From: Muribaculaceae bacterium
GTDB taxonomy: Bacteria; Bacteroidota; Bacteroidia; Bacteroidales; Muribaculaceae
Direction: 5' to 3'
NCBI GenBank assembly: GCA_017557285.1
Contig: JAFZAK010000133.1
Location: forward strand, 1 to 59,662
Length of the DNA: 59,662 nt
In this document: positions 17,460 through 26,035 of the stretch, piece by piece
Numbering within the stretch: the first letter of the stretch is position 1
How the letters are laid out: each line of letters starts with the position of its first letter
Program-made: the position numbers and the translations under genes
The notes under the pieces: generated by a model
What the model was told of the DNA's origin: nothing
The model's input: only the letters and a program-made list of their open reading frames with translations
Database searches by the model: none

Positions 17460-18731
17460 TCAGTCGATGATGTCGAAGCCGGTGTAAGGCTGTAGCGCTT
17501 TGGGGATGCGGATGCCTTCAGGGGTCTGGTTGTTCTCGAGCAGGGCAGCCACAATGCGAGGCAATGCTAGCGCCGATCCGTTGAGGGTGTGGCACAAATG
17601 GGGTTTCTTATCATCGCCACGATAGCGGCACTTCAGGCGGTTGGCCTGGTAAGTCTCAAAGTTGCTCACCGAGCTGACCTCGAGCCAGCGCTTCTGTGCA
17701 GCACTCCATACCTCGAAGTCGAAGGTGATGGCACTGGTGAAGCTCATGTCGCCACCACACAGGCGCAGGATGTGCCAGGGCAGTTCAAGTTTCTCGAGTA
17801 ATCCCTGCACGTGATCCTTCATCTCTTCGAGGGCGGCATAAGAATCCTCAGGACGTTCGATGCGCACAATCTCGACTTTGTCAAACTGGTGCAAGCGGTT
17901 CAGACCACGCACATCCTTGCCGTAGCTGCCAGCCTCACGACGGAAACATGCCGAGTAGGCGCAGTTCTTCTTGGGAAGTTGGTCTTGCGGAATGATGACG
18001 TCGCGGTAGATGTTGGTCACAGGCACCTCGGCGGTGGGGATAAGGTAAAAGTTGTCCACCTGGCAGTGGTACATCTGTCCCTCTTTGTCGGGCAATTGGC
18101 CCGTGCCGTAACCCGAGTTCTCATTAACGACGTAAGGCGGCTGAATCTCGGTGTAACCAGCCTTGCCAGCCTCGTCGAGGAAGAATTGGATGAGCGCGCG
18201 CTGCAAACGAGCGCCCTTGCCGACGTATACGGGGAAACCAGCGCCGGTAATCTTCACGCCCAGGTCAAAGTCGATGAGGTTGTATTTCTTTGCCAAGTCC
18301 CAGTGGGGCAGAGCACCTTCAGGCAGTTGTGGCATCTCGCCACCAGTGCGCTCGACGACGTTGTCCTCGGCGGTACGGCCCTCGGGTACGCCTGCATAAG
18401 GAACATTGGGCACTGAGAGCAAAATCTCGGTAATCTCATTCTGGGCGGCCGTCATGCGGTCTTCAATCTCCTTGTTGGTAGTCTTCAGGGCGGTTACCTC
18501 TGCCTTTACCTTCTCAGCCTCGTCGCGCTGCCCTTGCTTCATCAGCGCACCAATTTGGGCGGCCATCTTATTGAGTATGGCAGCATTGTCGTCGCGTTGC
18601 TTCTGTGCGGCACGGCGTTGCTTGTCGAGTTCAACCACGCGCATGATGGGTTCGCGGCCGTCAAAGTGCTTCACGGCCAATCGCTCGATGACATGCTCGG
18701 GGTTCTCGTTGATAAATTGTAATGTAAGCAT
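17460..18731 (-). CDS. serS: Serine--tRNA ligase
   Basis: N-terminal coiled coil, LIPTAEVP, FRREAGSYG, GLNRLHQFDKVE, EVSSVSN and HTLNGSALA. Confidence 0.97.
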   Translation of the reverse strand: MLTLQFINENPEHVIERLAVKHFDGREPIMRVVELDKQRRAAQKQRDDNAAILNKMAAQIGALMKQGQRDEAEKVKAEVTALKTTNKEIEDRMTAAQNEITEILLSVPNVPYAGVPEGRTAEDNVVERTGGEMPQLPEGALPHWDLAKKYNLIDFDLGVKITGAGFPVYVGKGARLQRALIQFFLDEAGKAGYTEIQPPYVVNENSGYGTGQLPDKEGQMYHCQVDNFYLIPTAEVPVTNIYRDVIIPQDQLPKKNCAYSACFRREAGSYGKDVRGLNRLHQFDKVEIVRIERPEDSYAALEEMKDHVQGLLEKLELPWHILRLCGGDMSFTSAITFDFEVWSAAQKRWLEVSSVSNFETYQANRLKCRYRGDDKKPHLCHTLNGSALALPRIVAALLENNQTPEGIRIPKALQPYTGFDIID

Positions 18732-18887
18732 CTGTATATGATGATTTTAAGATTTTTCGTTAGAAAACCAAGTGCAAAGTTATCACGAATTTTCGAATTA
18801 TCGAATTTTTTTATCAGGAATTAAAGAATTACTGGCGGAAAGAGTCCCCTTTCCGCACTTAAAAACATTATGTAGCGAGTGTATTCC

Positions 18888-19313
18888 TTAAGGAAAGATA
18901 CTATCGAAAGCAAAACCGGGGATTTCACGCAAAGCAAACCCTAGTGCACAAGCCAATACAACTAGTAATGTTGGTAATGAAATCTTCCATGGATAATGCA
19001 CAATCAATACTAGAAATGCAAGAATAACAATAATAAATGTGAACGAAAGATACATGGTTACTGCTGAAAATATCGCCAGAATAATAAAATACAACATATG
19101 TTGCGCAGACTCATGTTTTCGACTGCGAAACACGTTTACTAGAAAAAGGATAGTCAAAAAGAAAGCAAATCCCAGCTCCAATAAATTTAATGGAGCTATT
19201 ACGTAAAATGCATGTCTATTGATATATAAGTGTATTGCAGTACAAATTAAATCAACAATTGCTATAACCATAATAGCAAAAGCTTCCCTCTTACTTATTA
19301 AATAGCGCATCAT
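18888..19313 (-). CDS. Hypothetical membrane protein, AT-rich
   Basis: 141-aa ORF with about four hydrophobic segments, visibly AT-rich relative to flanks. Confidence 0.6.
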   Translation of the reverse strand: MMRYLISKREAFAIMVIAIVDLICTAIHLYINRHAFYVIAPLNLLELGFAFFLTILFLVNVFRSRKHESAQHMLYFIILAIFSAVTMYLSFTFIIVILAFLVLIVHYPWKISLPTLLVVLACALGFALREIPGFAFDSIFP

Positions 19314-19350
19314 AAAAATTATTATACATTATTATAAATATTATATGTCA

Positions 19351-19435
19351 TGTGACAGAGGGACGGTTCTTTTGTCACATAGAACACCTTAAAAGAGCCG
19401 GTCCCCGAGTGACAATAGAACCCCTTTCCGCCACA
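19351..19435. repeat. REP-like imperfect palindromes flanking the AT-rich ORF
   Basis: TGTGACAGAGGGACGGTTCTTTTGTCACA and GTGACAATAGAACCCCTTTCCGCCAC; relative GGCGGAAAGAGTCCCCTTTCCGC at 18834-18856. Confidence 0.6.
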
Positions 19436-19676
19436 CTGCCGCCGGTCTAATAACCGTAGTCGTTGTTGACAGGTTCCTTCATGGGGGCAAAGATAAAAGA
19501 TTCATATCAATTTTGCAAGAATTGTGGTAAAATAATTAAGAATTCGCCCAAAACCTTCAAAATAGAGATTCATTTGCCAGGGGCGGGAAACAACCGACAT
19601 ATAGGTTCCTTAAAGAAAACTAAAAACAAATTGTTTGTGGTTGATTGCATTGTTTGACTTTGGAGATGCGCTAGCC

Positions 19677-19873
19677 TGCTTCATCAGGGCGCCAATCTGG
19701 GCGGCCATCTTGTTGAGCACGGCGGCATTGTCGTCACGCTGCTTCTGTGCGGCACGGCGTTGCTTGTCGAGCTCGACCACGCGCATGATGGGTTCGCGGC
19801 CGTCGAAGCGCTTCACAGCCAGTCGCTCGATGACATACTCGGGGTTCTCGTTGATAAATTGTAATGTAAGCAT
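19677..19873 (-). pseudogene. serS: Truncated second copy of the serS 5' end (about 66 codons)
   Basis: Aligns with 18535-18731; homology continues ~20 bp upstream of the ATG, then stops abruptly after ...ALMKQ. Confidence 0.9.
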
Positions 19874-19944
19874 CTGAATATGATGATTTTAAGTCAATTT
19901 CCGTTTTGTGGTGCTAAAAAACTGACTGCAAGGGTAATACAAAT

Positions 19945-19986
19945 AATTGAGAATTGGGAATTGGGAATCGAGAAATGAGAATTTTG
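19945..19986. repeat. 7-bp tandem repeats (AATTGrG type) abutting a -7 box
   Basis: aattgag aattggg aattggg aatcgag aaatgag aatttt next to minus-strand TACCCTTG. Confidence 0.75.
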
Positions 19987-20156
19987 ACGTTTGATGGTGC
20001 GACTGGACAAGGAGCCCATAGTGCAAACGAAGCGCAGCAATTAAGAATCACGCATTGTGCCCGATTCGGGTTAAAGAAAGTAAAAATCAACGGATAACAA
20101 CCGCAAACTGACAAAGTTTTTGTACCTTTGCAACAATCAGTTAAAACGAAAAGTAG

Positions 20157-21776
20157 ATGAAACACTATCTGAAGAAGCTAGAGGACACTATCCGTGCGCG
20201 CTGGGACAAGAAAGCGCTCTGTGACTACGGAGGCGAATCCTACACCTATGGCGACCTGGCCACACACGTCGAACAATTCCGTATTTTCCTTGCCGAGACA
20301 GGGATTGGCAAGGGTGAGAAGATAGCAATCTGCGCCCGCAACTCGGCACGCTGGGCGATGGCGTTTTGGAGCGTCAATGCCAATGAGTGCGTGGCGGTAC
20401 CATTACTTGCCGACTTTCACCCGACCAACATTTGTGCCCTCACCAGCCATTCAGACAGTGTTTTGTTGTTTACTGACGATGACATTTGGGCCAAACTGAC
20501 TCCTGACGAGATGCCTAACCTCAAGGCAGCCATCCATGTTAAGGACGGCAAACTGCTATGGCACCGCGATGAGGCGGTCGCCAAAGCCTGGGAGAATCGT
20601 GAGGCCTCATTCGCCCAGCTTTATCCCGACGGGTTCTCACCCGAACAGGTGTCCTATCCTGATGACAACATGGATGAGCTGGCCATCATCAACTACACAT
20701 CAGGCACCACGGGCAACCCCAAGGGCGTGATGCTCACTTACGGCGCGATGTCGGACACCGACGAGTTTGCCAACACGAATTTCCCCAACCGTTCTGGCGA
20801 GACCGTCGTTTCGATGCTGCCCATGGCGCACATGTATGGTCTGGCGATTGAGTTCATCCACCCCAATGTGGATGGCGTGACGGTCTATTTCCTTGGCAAG
20901 ACGCCCTCACCAACCACACTTCTTAAGGCGATGCACGACGTGAAGCCTTATATGGTGGTCACTGTGCCGCTGGTCATGGAAAAGGTGTATGCCAACTCAA
21001 TCAAACCCGCACTGGCTAAAATCAAAGCGGCTACCTTTATTCCTGGCGTGAATAGGCTGATTTATAACAAGGTGCGTGAAAAGATTTTGGAAGCCTTCGG
21101 CGGTCGGGTACGTTGCTTTATCATGGGAGGCGCTGCCCTCAATCCCGAGGTAGAGCGCTGCTTCAAGCGGATGCGGTTGCCGTACACTGTGGGCTATGGT
21201 ATGACCGAGGCTTGCCCGTTGCTGGGCTATGAGTGGTGGACGAAGTTTGTGCCAGGTTCTTGCGGGAAGCCCGTCCACGAGGTCCGGATTGATTCGCATG
21301 ACCCGCGCAGTGTCGTAGGCGAGATTCAGGCACGTGGCGCCAATGTCACCATCGGCTATTATAAGAATCCCGAGGCCACAGTGGCAGCGTTCACCGAAGA
21401 TGGTTGGTTCCGTACGGGCGACCTGGGTTTGATGGACAAGGACAACAACATTTTCATTCGTGGTCGCATCAAATCGATGATCCTGAACTCATCGGGCCAG
21501 AACATCTACCCTGAGGAGTTGGAGGCTGTACTCGCAAACTGTGAATATGTGACCGAGTGCCTTGTCGTGGACCGTGAAGGTAAAATTGTGGCGCTCGTCT
21601 ATTCTGAGCTCCCCGAGGACATGGATGCCGAGACGCGTCAACGCGTCCCCGACCAAATCCGCGCTGAGGCGAACAAGTCGCTACCTGCCTACAGCAAGAT
21701 TTCCAAGGTGGAATTGGTCGACACTCCCTTCGAGAAAACCCCGAAGATGAGCATCAAACGCTTTTTGTATAAGTAG
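20157..21776 (+). CDS. Long-chain fatty acid--CoA ligase (AMP-binding)
   Basis: YTSGTTGNPKG, GYGMTEA, GWFRTGDLG and GQNIYPEE. Confidence 0.92.
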   Translation: MKHYLKKLEDTIRARWDKKALCDYGGESYTYGDLATHVEQFRIFLAETGIGKGEKIAICARNSARWAMAFWSVNANECVAVPLLADFHPTNICALTSHSDSVLLFTDDDIWAKLTPDEMPNLKAAIHVKDGKLLWHRDEAVAKAWENREASFAQLYPDGFSPEQVSYPDDNMDELAIINYTSGTTGNPKGVMLTYGAMSDTDEFANTNFPNRSGETVVSMLPMAHMYGLAIEFIHPNVDGVTVYFLGKTPSPTTLLKAMHDVKPYMVVTVPLVMEKVYANSIKPALAKIKAATFIPGVNRLIYNKVREKILEAFGGRVRCFIMGGAALNPEVERCFKRMRLPYTVGYGMTEACPLLGYEWWTKFVPGSCGKPVHEVRIDSHDPRSVVGEIQARGANVTIGYYKNPEATVAAFTEDGWFRTGDLGLMDKDNNIFIRGRIKSMILNSSGQNIYPEELEAVLANCEYVTECLVVDREGKIVALVYSELPEDMDAETRQRVPDQIRAEANKSLPAYSKISKVELVDTPFEKTPKMSIKRFLYK

Positions 21777-21857
21777 TCCCCCTTACCCCCTAAAGGGGGA
21801 ATTTCCTGTTTTTCACCAACATTGTACACCCCCCCCTTTAGGGGGGCTTGGGGGGAC
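21776..21857. repeat. Inverted pair of C/G-rich palindromes (REPIN/BIME-like)
   Basis: GTCCCCCTTACCCCCTAAAGGGGG ... CCCCCCTTTAGGGGGGCTTGGGGGGAC. Confidence 0.85.
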
Positions 21858-21872
21858 GTGGATTTTTGGGGA

Positions 21873-22418
21873 CTAGTAGAACACGGCGCAGATGAGGACT
21901 AGATAGTCGGGCATCATGCCGTCAGTACCCCATTGCATCTCTATGCCCAGCAGTTGGCTGGCAGTTTTGGTCACATCGAAGCCCAGTGCTTCGAGCGATG
22001 GTCGCATCTTGTCGGGATGGCGACAAGGCTCGCCGTTGAGGCGCGCGCAGGGCTCGTTGCAGTAGGGGCATTTCCCAACAAATCCGCATGCCATACCGCC
22101 CAATTCCTGCTCCAATTGCAGCAACTGGTGGTTCATTTCCAGCACTACTGGCTCAATCAGGTCGTTCGCCGCGCTCAACGGCTGACGCTCGCCTTGTGGA
22201 CTGACCTTGGCACCCAGAATCCTCACACGATGATACTGCATGATGCGTGCAGTCCAATCCTCGTCATGTGGCGGGCAGCCGTGACGGCGGCCATAGTTTG
22301 GGCACTGCTGGCAGCATTGCTCAAAGCGTTCCACATCACGATAGCCCGCAATGTAATCTCGCACATCCAGTTCGGCCTCCAGCCTCTCAGTAATCACCGT
22401 GTTTAACTCAAGTTCCAT
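21873..22418 (-). CDS. DUF2284-family predicted metal-binding protein
   Basis: C..CPNYG...GCPP, CPYC..C...CRHP..MRPSLEALGFDV. Confidence 0.8.
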   Translation of the reverse strand: MELELNTVITERLEAELDVRDYIAGYRDVERFEQCCQQCPNYGRRHGCPPHDEDWTARIMQYHRVRILGAKVSPQGERQPLSAANDLIEPVVLEMNHQLLQLEQELGGMACGFVGKCPYCNEPCARLNGEPCRHPDKMRPSLEALGFDVTKTASQLLGIEMQWGTDGMMPDYLVLICAVFY

Positions 22419-22420
22419 TA

Positions 22421-22846
22421 TTAGTCATTGCTGTTGTCGTTGACCACGCGGATGACTTCGTCCCAATCGCTCTCACCCTCAAAGCCGAATTTGTCGTCGA
22501 TGCCAACATTGAAGTAGAACTTGCTCTCAAAGCACGACAAGTCGGTGTTGCCCACTTCGGGGTTAGCATTGGCATAGTCGAAGAGGATGCCGTCCTGTTC
22601 AAATTGTTGTAGGTAGGTTGTCAGCTTCGTCTGGTCGCATGCTGTCCACAGAATCAAGCAGATGTCCTTGCGCTGGGTGAGCAGCTGCAGCGCTTGCTTG
22701 GCGCGAGGAAAGTAGTCATAGGTCTCCTCTTGCTCATAGCAAGCACGCAGGATGGTGTCGTGAATGTCAACCATCACATAGATTTTTTCCCAATTCTTTT
22801 CGGCCATTCGGTTGAAGGCCACACGGAATGCTTGAGCGATATTCAT
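22421..22846 (-). CDS. Small HAD-like hypothetical protein
   Basis: VMVDIHDTI (DxxxT), LILWT, YANANPE and IDDK motifs; no cap domain. Confidence 0.65.
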   Translation of the reverse strand: MNIAQAFRVAFNRMAEKNWEKIYVMVDIHDTILRACYEQEETYDYFPRAKQALQLLTQRKDICLILWTACDQTKLTTYLQQFEQDGILFDYANANPEVGNTDLSCFESKFYFNVGIDDKFGFEGESDWDEVIRVVNDNSND

Positions 22847-22865
22847 TTCAATTGTCAGTTTTCAA

Positions 22866-22926
22866 GTCCCCCTAACCCCTAAAGGGGGAGCAAACAGATA
22901 TTCCCCCTTTAGGGGGTTAGGGGGAG
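22866..22926. repeat. Inverted pair of C/G-rich palindromes
   Basis: GTCCCCCTAACCCCTAAAGGGGGA ... TCCCCCTTTAGGGGGTTAGGGGGAG. Confidence 0.85.
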
Positions 22927-23412
22927 TTTTTGATATGCCAGGCGCTCGTCGCCCGAGGCGAGGTAAATGATGCCGCAGTAGGTGAAACCGTGCTTGACAA
23001 TGTTGTGCCGCATGATGGCATTGTCGCGGTGGGTGTCGATGCGGATGTTGGGGTCGTGGGCAAAGCAGAACCCCATGATGTCGTTGAAGATGTGATGAAC
23101 GTCGGGATAGCTGGCGATGCGGTGCACCACATGATAGGGCAAGGTATCGTCCAGCCAGCCGTCGCCCTCGATGTAGTCGTAAGTAGGTTCGGGCGAGGGC
23201 AAGAAGGCGAAGTAGCCCACCACGCGGTCGTCGTCGGTCACGACAAAGCCGCCTCCCATCTCCATGTCGTGAGCGATGACGTCCTCCGAGGGATAGCCGT
23301 CAATCCACTGGTGCATGTTGCCCGACAGCCGCATGATCTGTTTTGCGGCAGCCACCACGTTCATAATCTGGGTGATGTCCTCTGGTCTTGCCTCCCGAAT
23401 GATTCTACTCAT
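22909..23412 (-). CDS. GNAT-family N-acetyltransferase
   Basis: IREARPED, QWIDGYP, VVHRIAS and IRIDTHRDN..M....KHGF.YCG. Confidence 0.85.
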   Translation of the reverse strand: MSRIIREARPEDITQIMNVVAAAKQIMRLSGNMHQWIDGYPSEDVIAHDMEMGGGFVVTDDDRVVGYFAFLPSPEPTYDYIEGDGWLDDTLPYHVVHRIASYPDVHHIFNDIMGFCFAHDPNIRIDTHRDNAIMRHNIVKHGFTYCGIIYLASGDERLAYQKLPLTP

Positions 23413-23713
23413 GGTTGATCACTTCAATATAAAAACTGAAGGGGCGGAAGCCATCGTTGCAACTGATCATCGCGCTCATAGGATTTTGCATCCAGCCGTC
23501 GTAGAAGTTCCCCTCGCCCCGTGCCAGCGCCTCGACAAACTCACGCATTGCTTGCCATGCCGACGGGCACATCCCTTGTGGGCGCTGCCCGTCAATCGAA
23601 ATCCATTGTTGCCCTTCTCGCACGTCACAAGTGTGTTCGATGGGGTTCTCATACTTCGCCATTAGGTCGGGATAGACGGTCTGGCGGATGGCGGTGATTC
23701 TTACCTTGTTCAT
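23405..23713 (-). CDS. TIGR04076-family protein
   Basis: C.V.EGQ...P.GMC.SAW...SCNDGFRP.SF. Confidence 0.75.
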   Translation of the reverse strand: MNKVRITAIRQTVYPDLMAKYENPIEHTCDVREGQQWISIDGQRPQGMCPSAWQAMREFVEALARGEGNFYDGWMQNPMSAMISCNDGFRPFSFYIEVINHE

Positions 23714-23720
23714 AGTCGGG

Positions 23721-23936
23721 TCAATCTATTCGTTCGACAATCAGTTCCGCCGAGCCTTCTTCCAGCGAATTGTATTGATCCAGGTGGAAGTGCCCGCGCG
23801 ACGGTTCCTGTGCCAAAGCAATGAAATGATTGGCCAGCGACAACAAGCCTTCCTTGTTGGCCGACAACAGTACAGAGCCATCTTCCTCAATCTTGACGGC
23901 AATCGTAAAGCCGCTTTCCCAATTAAAATCCATCAT
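23721..23936 (-). CDS. Imm32-like small immunity protein
   Basis: W..GF.I.V....V.LSANKEGLLSLA....LA....HFHLD.YNSLEEGS.ELI pattern. Confidence 0.6.
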   Translation of the reverse strand: MMDFNWESGFTIAVKIEEDGSVLLSANKEGLLSLANHFIALAQEPSRGHFHLDQYNSLEEGSAELIVERID

Positions 23937-24100
23937 TCAGCAGTTTTATCTTCGTCCGCTTTTTCAGCATTGTTCTTTTTACGCTTACGGGCATTGACCT
24001 CATAGATGACCGAGATGAAGCCAACCACCACTCCGAGCAAGCCAACTAACAAGCAAATCAGCTGGTAGTTCTGTTTCACAAATTCAGTTATCGAGTCCAT
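23933..24100 (-). CDS. Small single-pass membrane protein
   Basis: MDSITEFVKQNY, one TM segment and a basic tail; stop overlaps the next start. Confidence 0.6.
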   Translation of the reverse strand: MDSITEFVKQNYQLICLLVGLLGVVVGFISVIYEVNARKRKKNNAEKADEDKTAE

Positions 24101-24153
24101 AGTCTTCTTTTTTCTCAGCGATTTTAATGTACTTTTAAGTTTCACGCTAGTAA

Positions 24154-24180
24154 CTCCCCCTTTAGGGGGTTGGGGGGACT
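24154..24180. repeat. C/G-rich palindrome, single copy
   Basis: CTCCCCCTTTAGGGGGTTGGGGGGACT overlapping the carbonic anhydrase stop. Confidence 0.8.
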
Positions 24181-24719
24181 GGTATCTCTTGCAACGCTCC
24201 TGTCTCGGAGTCGATAATAAATCCCCTCACCACAACGTCTTTAGGCATGAGCGGATGTGTCTTGATGGTCTCGACCGTCTTTTGAACCGAGGTTGGCGTG
24301 TCCTTGAAACCCTCCAACCATTGGTTCAGGTCGACACCACATTGGCGAATCGTGTTGAGCGTCTCATCGGTCACACCACGGGCAATCATCTCGTGGTGGA
24401 AGTGGTCATAACTCATGTGGCAAGCGCCGCAATTAGAGTGGGCCACCACCATCACCTCCTGCACGCCCAGTTCATAGATGGCGACAATCAGGCTGCGCAT
24501 GGCGGAGTCGAAAGGTGAGATTACGAGCCCTCCGGCATTCTTAATCATCTTCGCGTCGCCATTCTTCAGTCCCAAGGCTGCCGGTAGCAGTTCTGTCAGG
24601 CGTGTATCCATGCACGACAGCACCGCCAGGCGTTTGCTTGGGTACTTGTCGGTCAGATACTTTTCGTAACCCTTTTGGGCGACAAAAGTCTTGTTGTAGG
24701 CAATAATTTGGTCTATCAT
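24162..24719 (-). CDS. Beta-class carbonic anhydrase
   Basis: True start MIDQIIAYN; SCMDTRL, KNAGG and HSNCG zinc motifs. Confidence 0.92.
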   Translation of the reverse strand: MIDQIIAYNKTFVAQKGYEKYLTDKYPSKRLAVLSCMDTRLTELLPAALGLKNGDAKMIKNAGGLVISPFDSAMRSLIVAIYELGVQEVMVVAHSNCGACHMSYDHFHHEMIARGVTDETLNTIRQCGVDLNQWLEGFKDTPTSVQKTVETIKTHPLMPKDVVVRGFIIDSETGALQEIPVPPTP

Positions 24720-24730
24720 ATTATGGTTGT

Positions 24731-26008
24731 TTAATGTGTGCGATGGTGGTGTGAGAACAAGCGTTGCGGCAATTCCATGGCGAGGATGATGCCCAGCACG
24801 ATGGCAATGGCAATTTTTATCGCCATCCAGCCGCTTTGCGACGAGAGCTCGAACTGGGAACCAGTCAGGTAATAGGTGAACCAGAAGATGCCCGCTCCGG
24901 GTACCAATGGGAAGATGCCGCACAACAAGAACACCTGCGCTGGCGAGCGGAAGGGAATGGCGGCACCTCTCGAAAGGACGCACACCAGCGTCGACGAGGC
25001 CAGCGTTGCGATGACGGGTGTCGCGCCAGCATGACGCACGAGAATTAAATATAGCGCCCACCCGATGGCACCAATGACGCCCGCAGGAATATAATGTTCG
25101 CGGTCGACACCGAACAACAAAGCAAAGGCAGCTGTACCGACAAAAGCGGCAAACACCTGACACAGCATGCTAGCGGTTTGGGGACTGACGGTCATGCCGC
25201 TCAAGTTAATCACGCCACCATGCAACGAACCATCGAACACAAAGGCTAACGACACGCCCACGGCGATGCAGAAGAAGCCCAACATGGCATCGGTCAACCG
25301 CGTGAAGCCCGCGAGGTAGTCCGAGTTGGCGAGGTCGCGCACTCCATTGACAAAGGGCACACCAGGAATCAGCGGCATGATGGCGCCGATGATAATATTT
25401 GCCAGACTCGCCCCGAAACCTATGCGCCAGGAGAAGATGCAGAGCAGTGTCGCCACCAACGCATTGCAGATGCCACTAACGATATTGGAGAGATAGCGAC
25501 TGCTGATGCCAAGGACAAAGGCATAAAGCAAAAGCCCCACTACCAGCGCTGCCGCGCACTCTGACCATCCACCACCAAACACGGCACAGAAACCCGCGGC
25601 ACCGAAGCCCGATCCCAAAATTTGCTCCCAAACGGGTTTAGCGGGCGCACTGCGGATGGCATCTAAGCGGGCATGTGCCTCGTCGAGGGTCATCTTCCCC
25701 GCAGCAATGTCATAGCTCAAGCGGTTCACCGCCACCACCTTCGACAGTTGGATGGCGCGGATAGGGATAAACTCCACATTGGCATAAGTAGACGCCTGGC
25801 CGCCCGATTTGGTTACCTTGTTGGCATGGCCGGTGGTGAAGATGCCATTCGACAGGACAAAGAAATTGCCTGAGTCCACCCCATAGTGAGTGGATATGCG
25901 GCCCATGATGTCCTCGACGCGCGAAATCTCGGCGCCGTTCTCTAGCAGGATGTGGCCCGCTTCGGAAGCTACCTCCAGCACCTCGGCAAAATCAGACGTT
26001 TGGTTCAT
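24731..26008 (-). CDS. ThrE-family threonine/serine exporter (two-domain fusion)
   Basis: LLENGAEISRVED, MPLIPGVPFVNGVRDL and IFPLVPG. Confidence 0.88.
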   Translation of the reverse strand: MNQTSDFAEVLEVASEAGHILLENGAEISRVEDIMGRISTHYGVDSGNFFVLSNGIFTTGHANKVTKSGGQASTYANVEFIPIRAIQLSKVVAVNRLSYDIAAGKMTLDEAHARLDAIRSAPAKPVWEQILGSGFGAAGFCAVFGGGWSECAAALVVGLLLYAFVLGISSRYLSNIVSGICNALVATLLCIFSWRIGFGASLANIIIGAIMPLIPGVPFVNGVRDLANSDYLAGFTRLTDAMLGFFCIAVGVSLAFVFDGSLHGGVINLSGMTVSPQTASMLCQVFAAFVGTAAFALLFGVDREHYIPAGVIGAIGWALYLILVRHAGATPVIATLASSTLVCVLSRGAAIPFRSPAQVFLLCGIFPLVPGAGIFWFTYYLTGSQFELSSQSGWMAIKIAIAIVLGIILAMELPQRLFSHHHRTH

Positions 26009-26035
26009 TCTAAGGGGATTATTGTGAATTCTGAA

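Noticed and set aside
22907-22925. Telomere-like TTAGGG or G-quadruplex function
   Set aside because: Part of the palindromic repeat; only two G runs per copy and competing hairpin pairing
24720-25163. Long N-terminal extension of carbonic anhydrase
   Set aside because: Alternative frame of the ThrE gene; the enzyme domain starts at 24719
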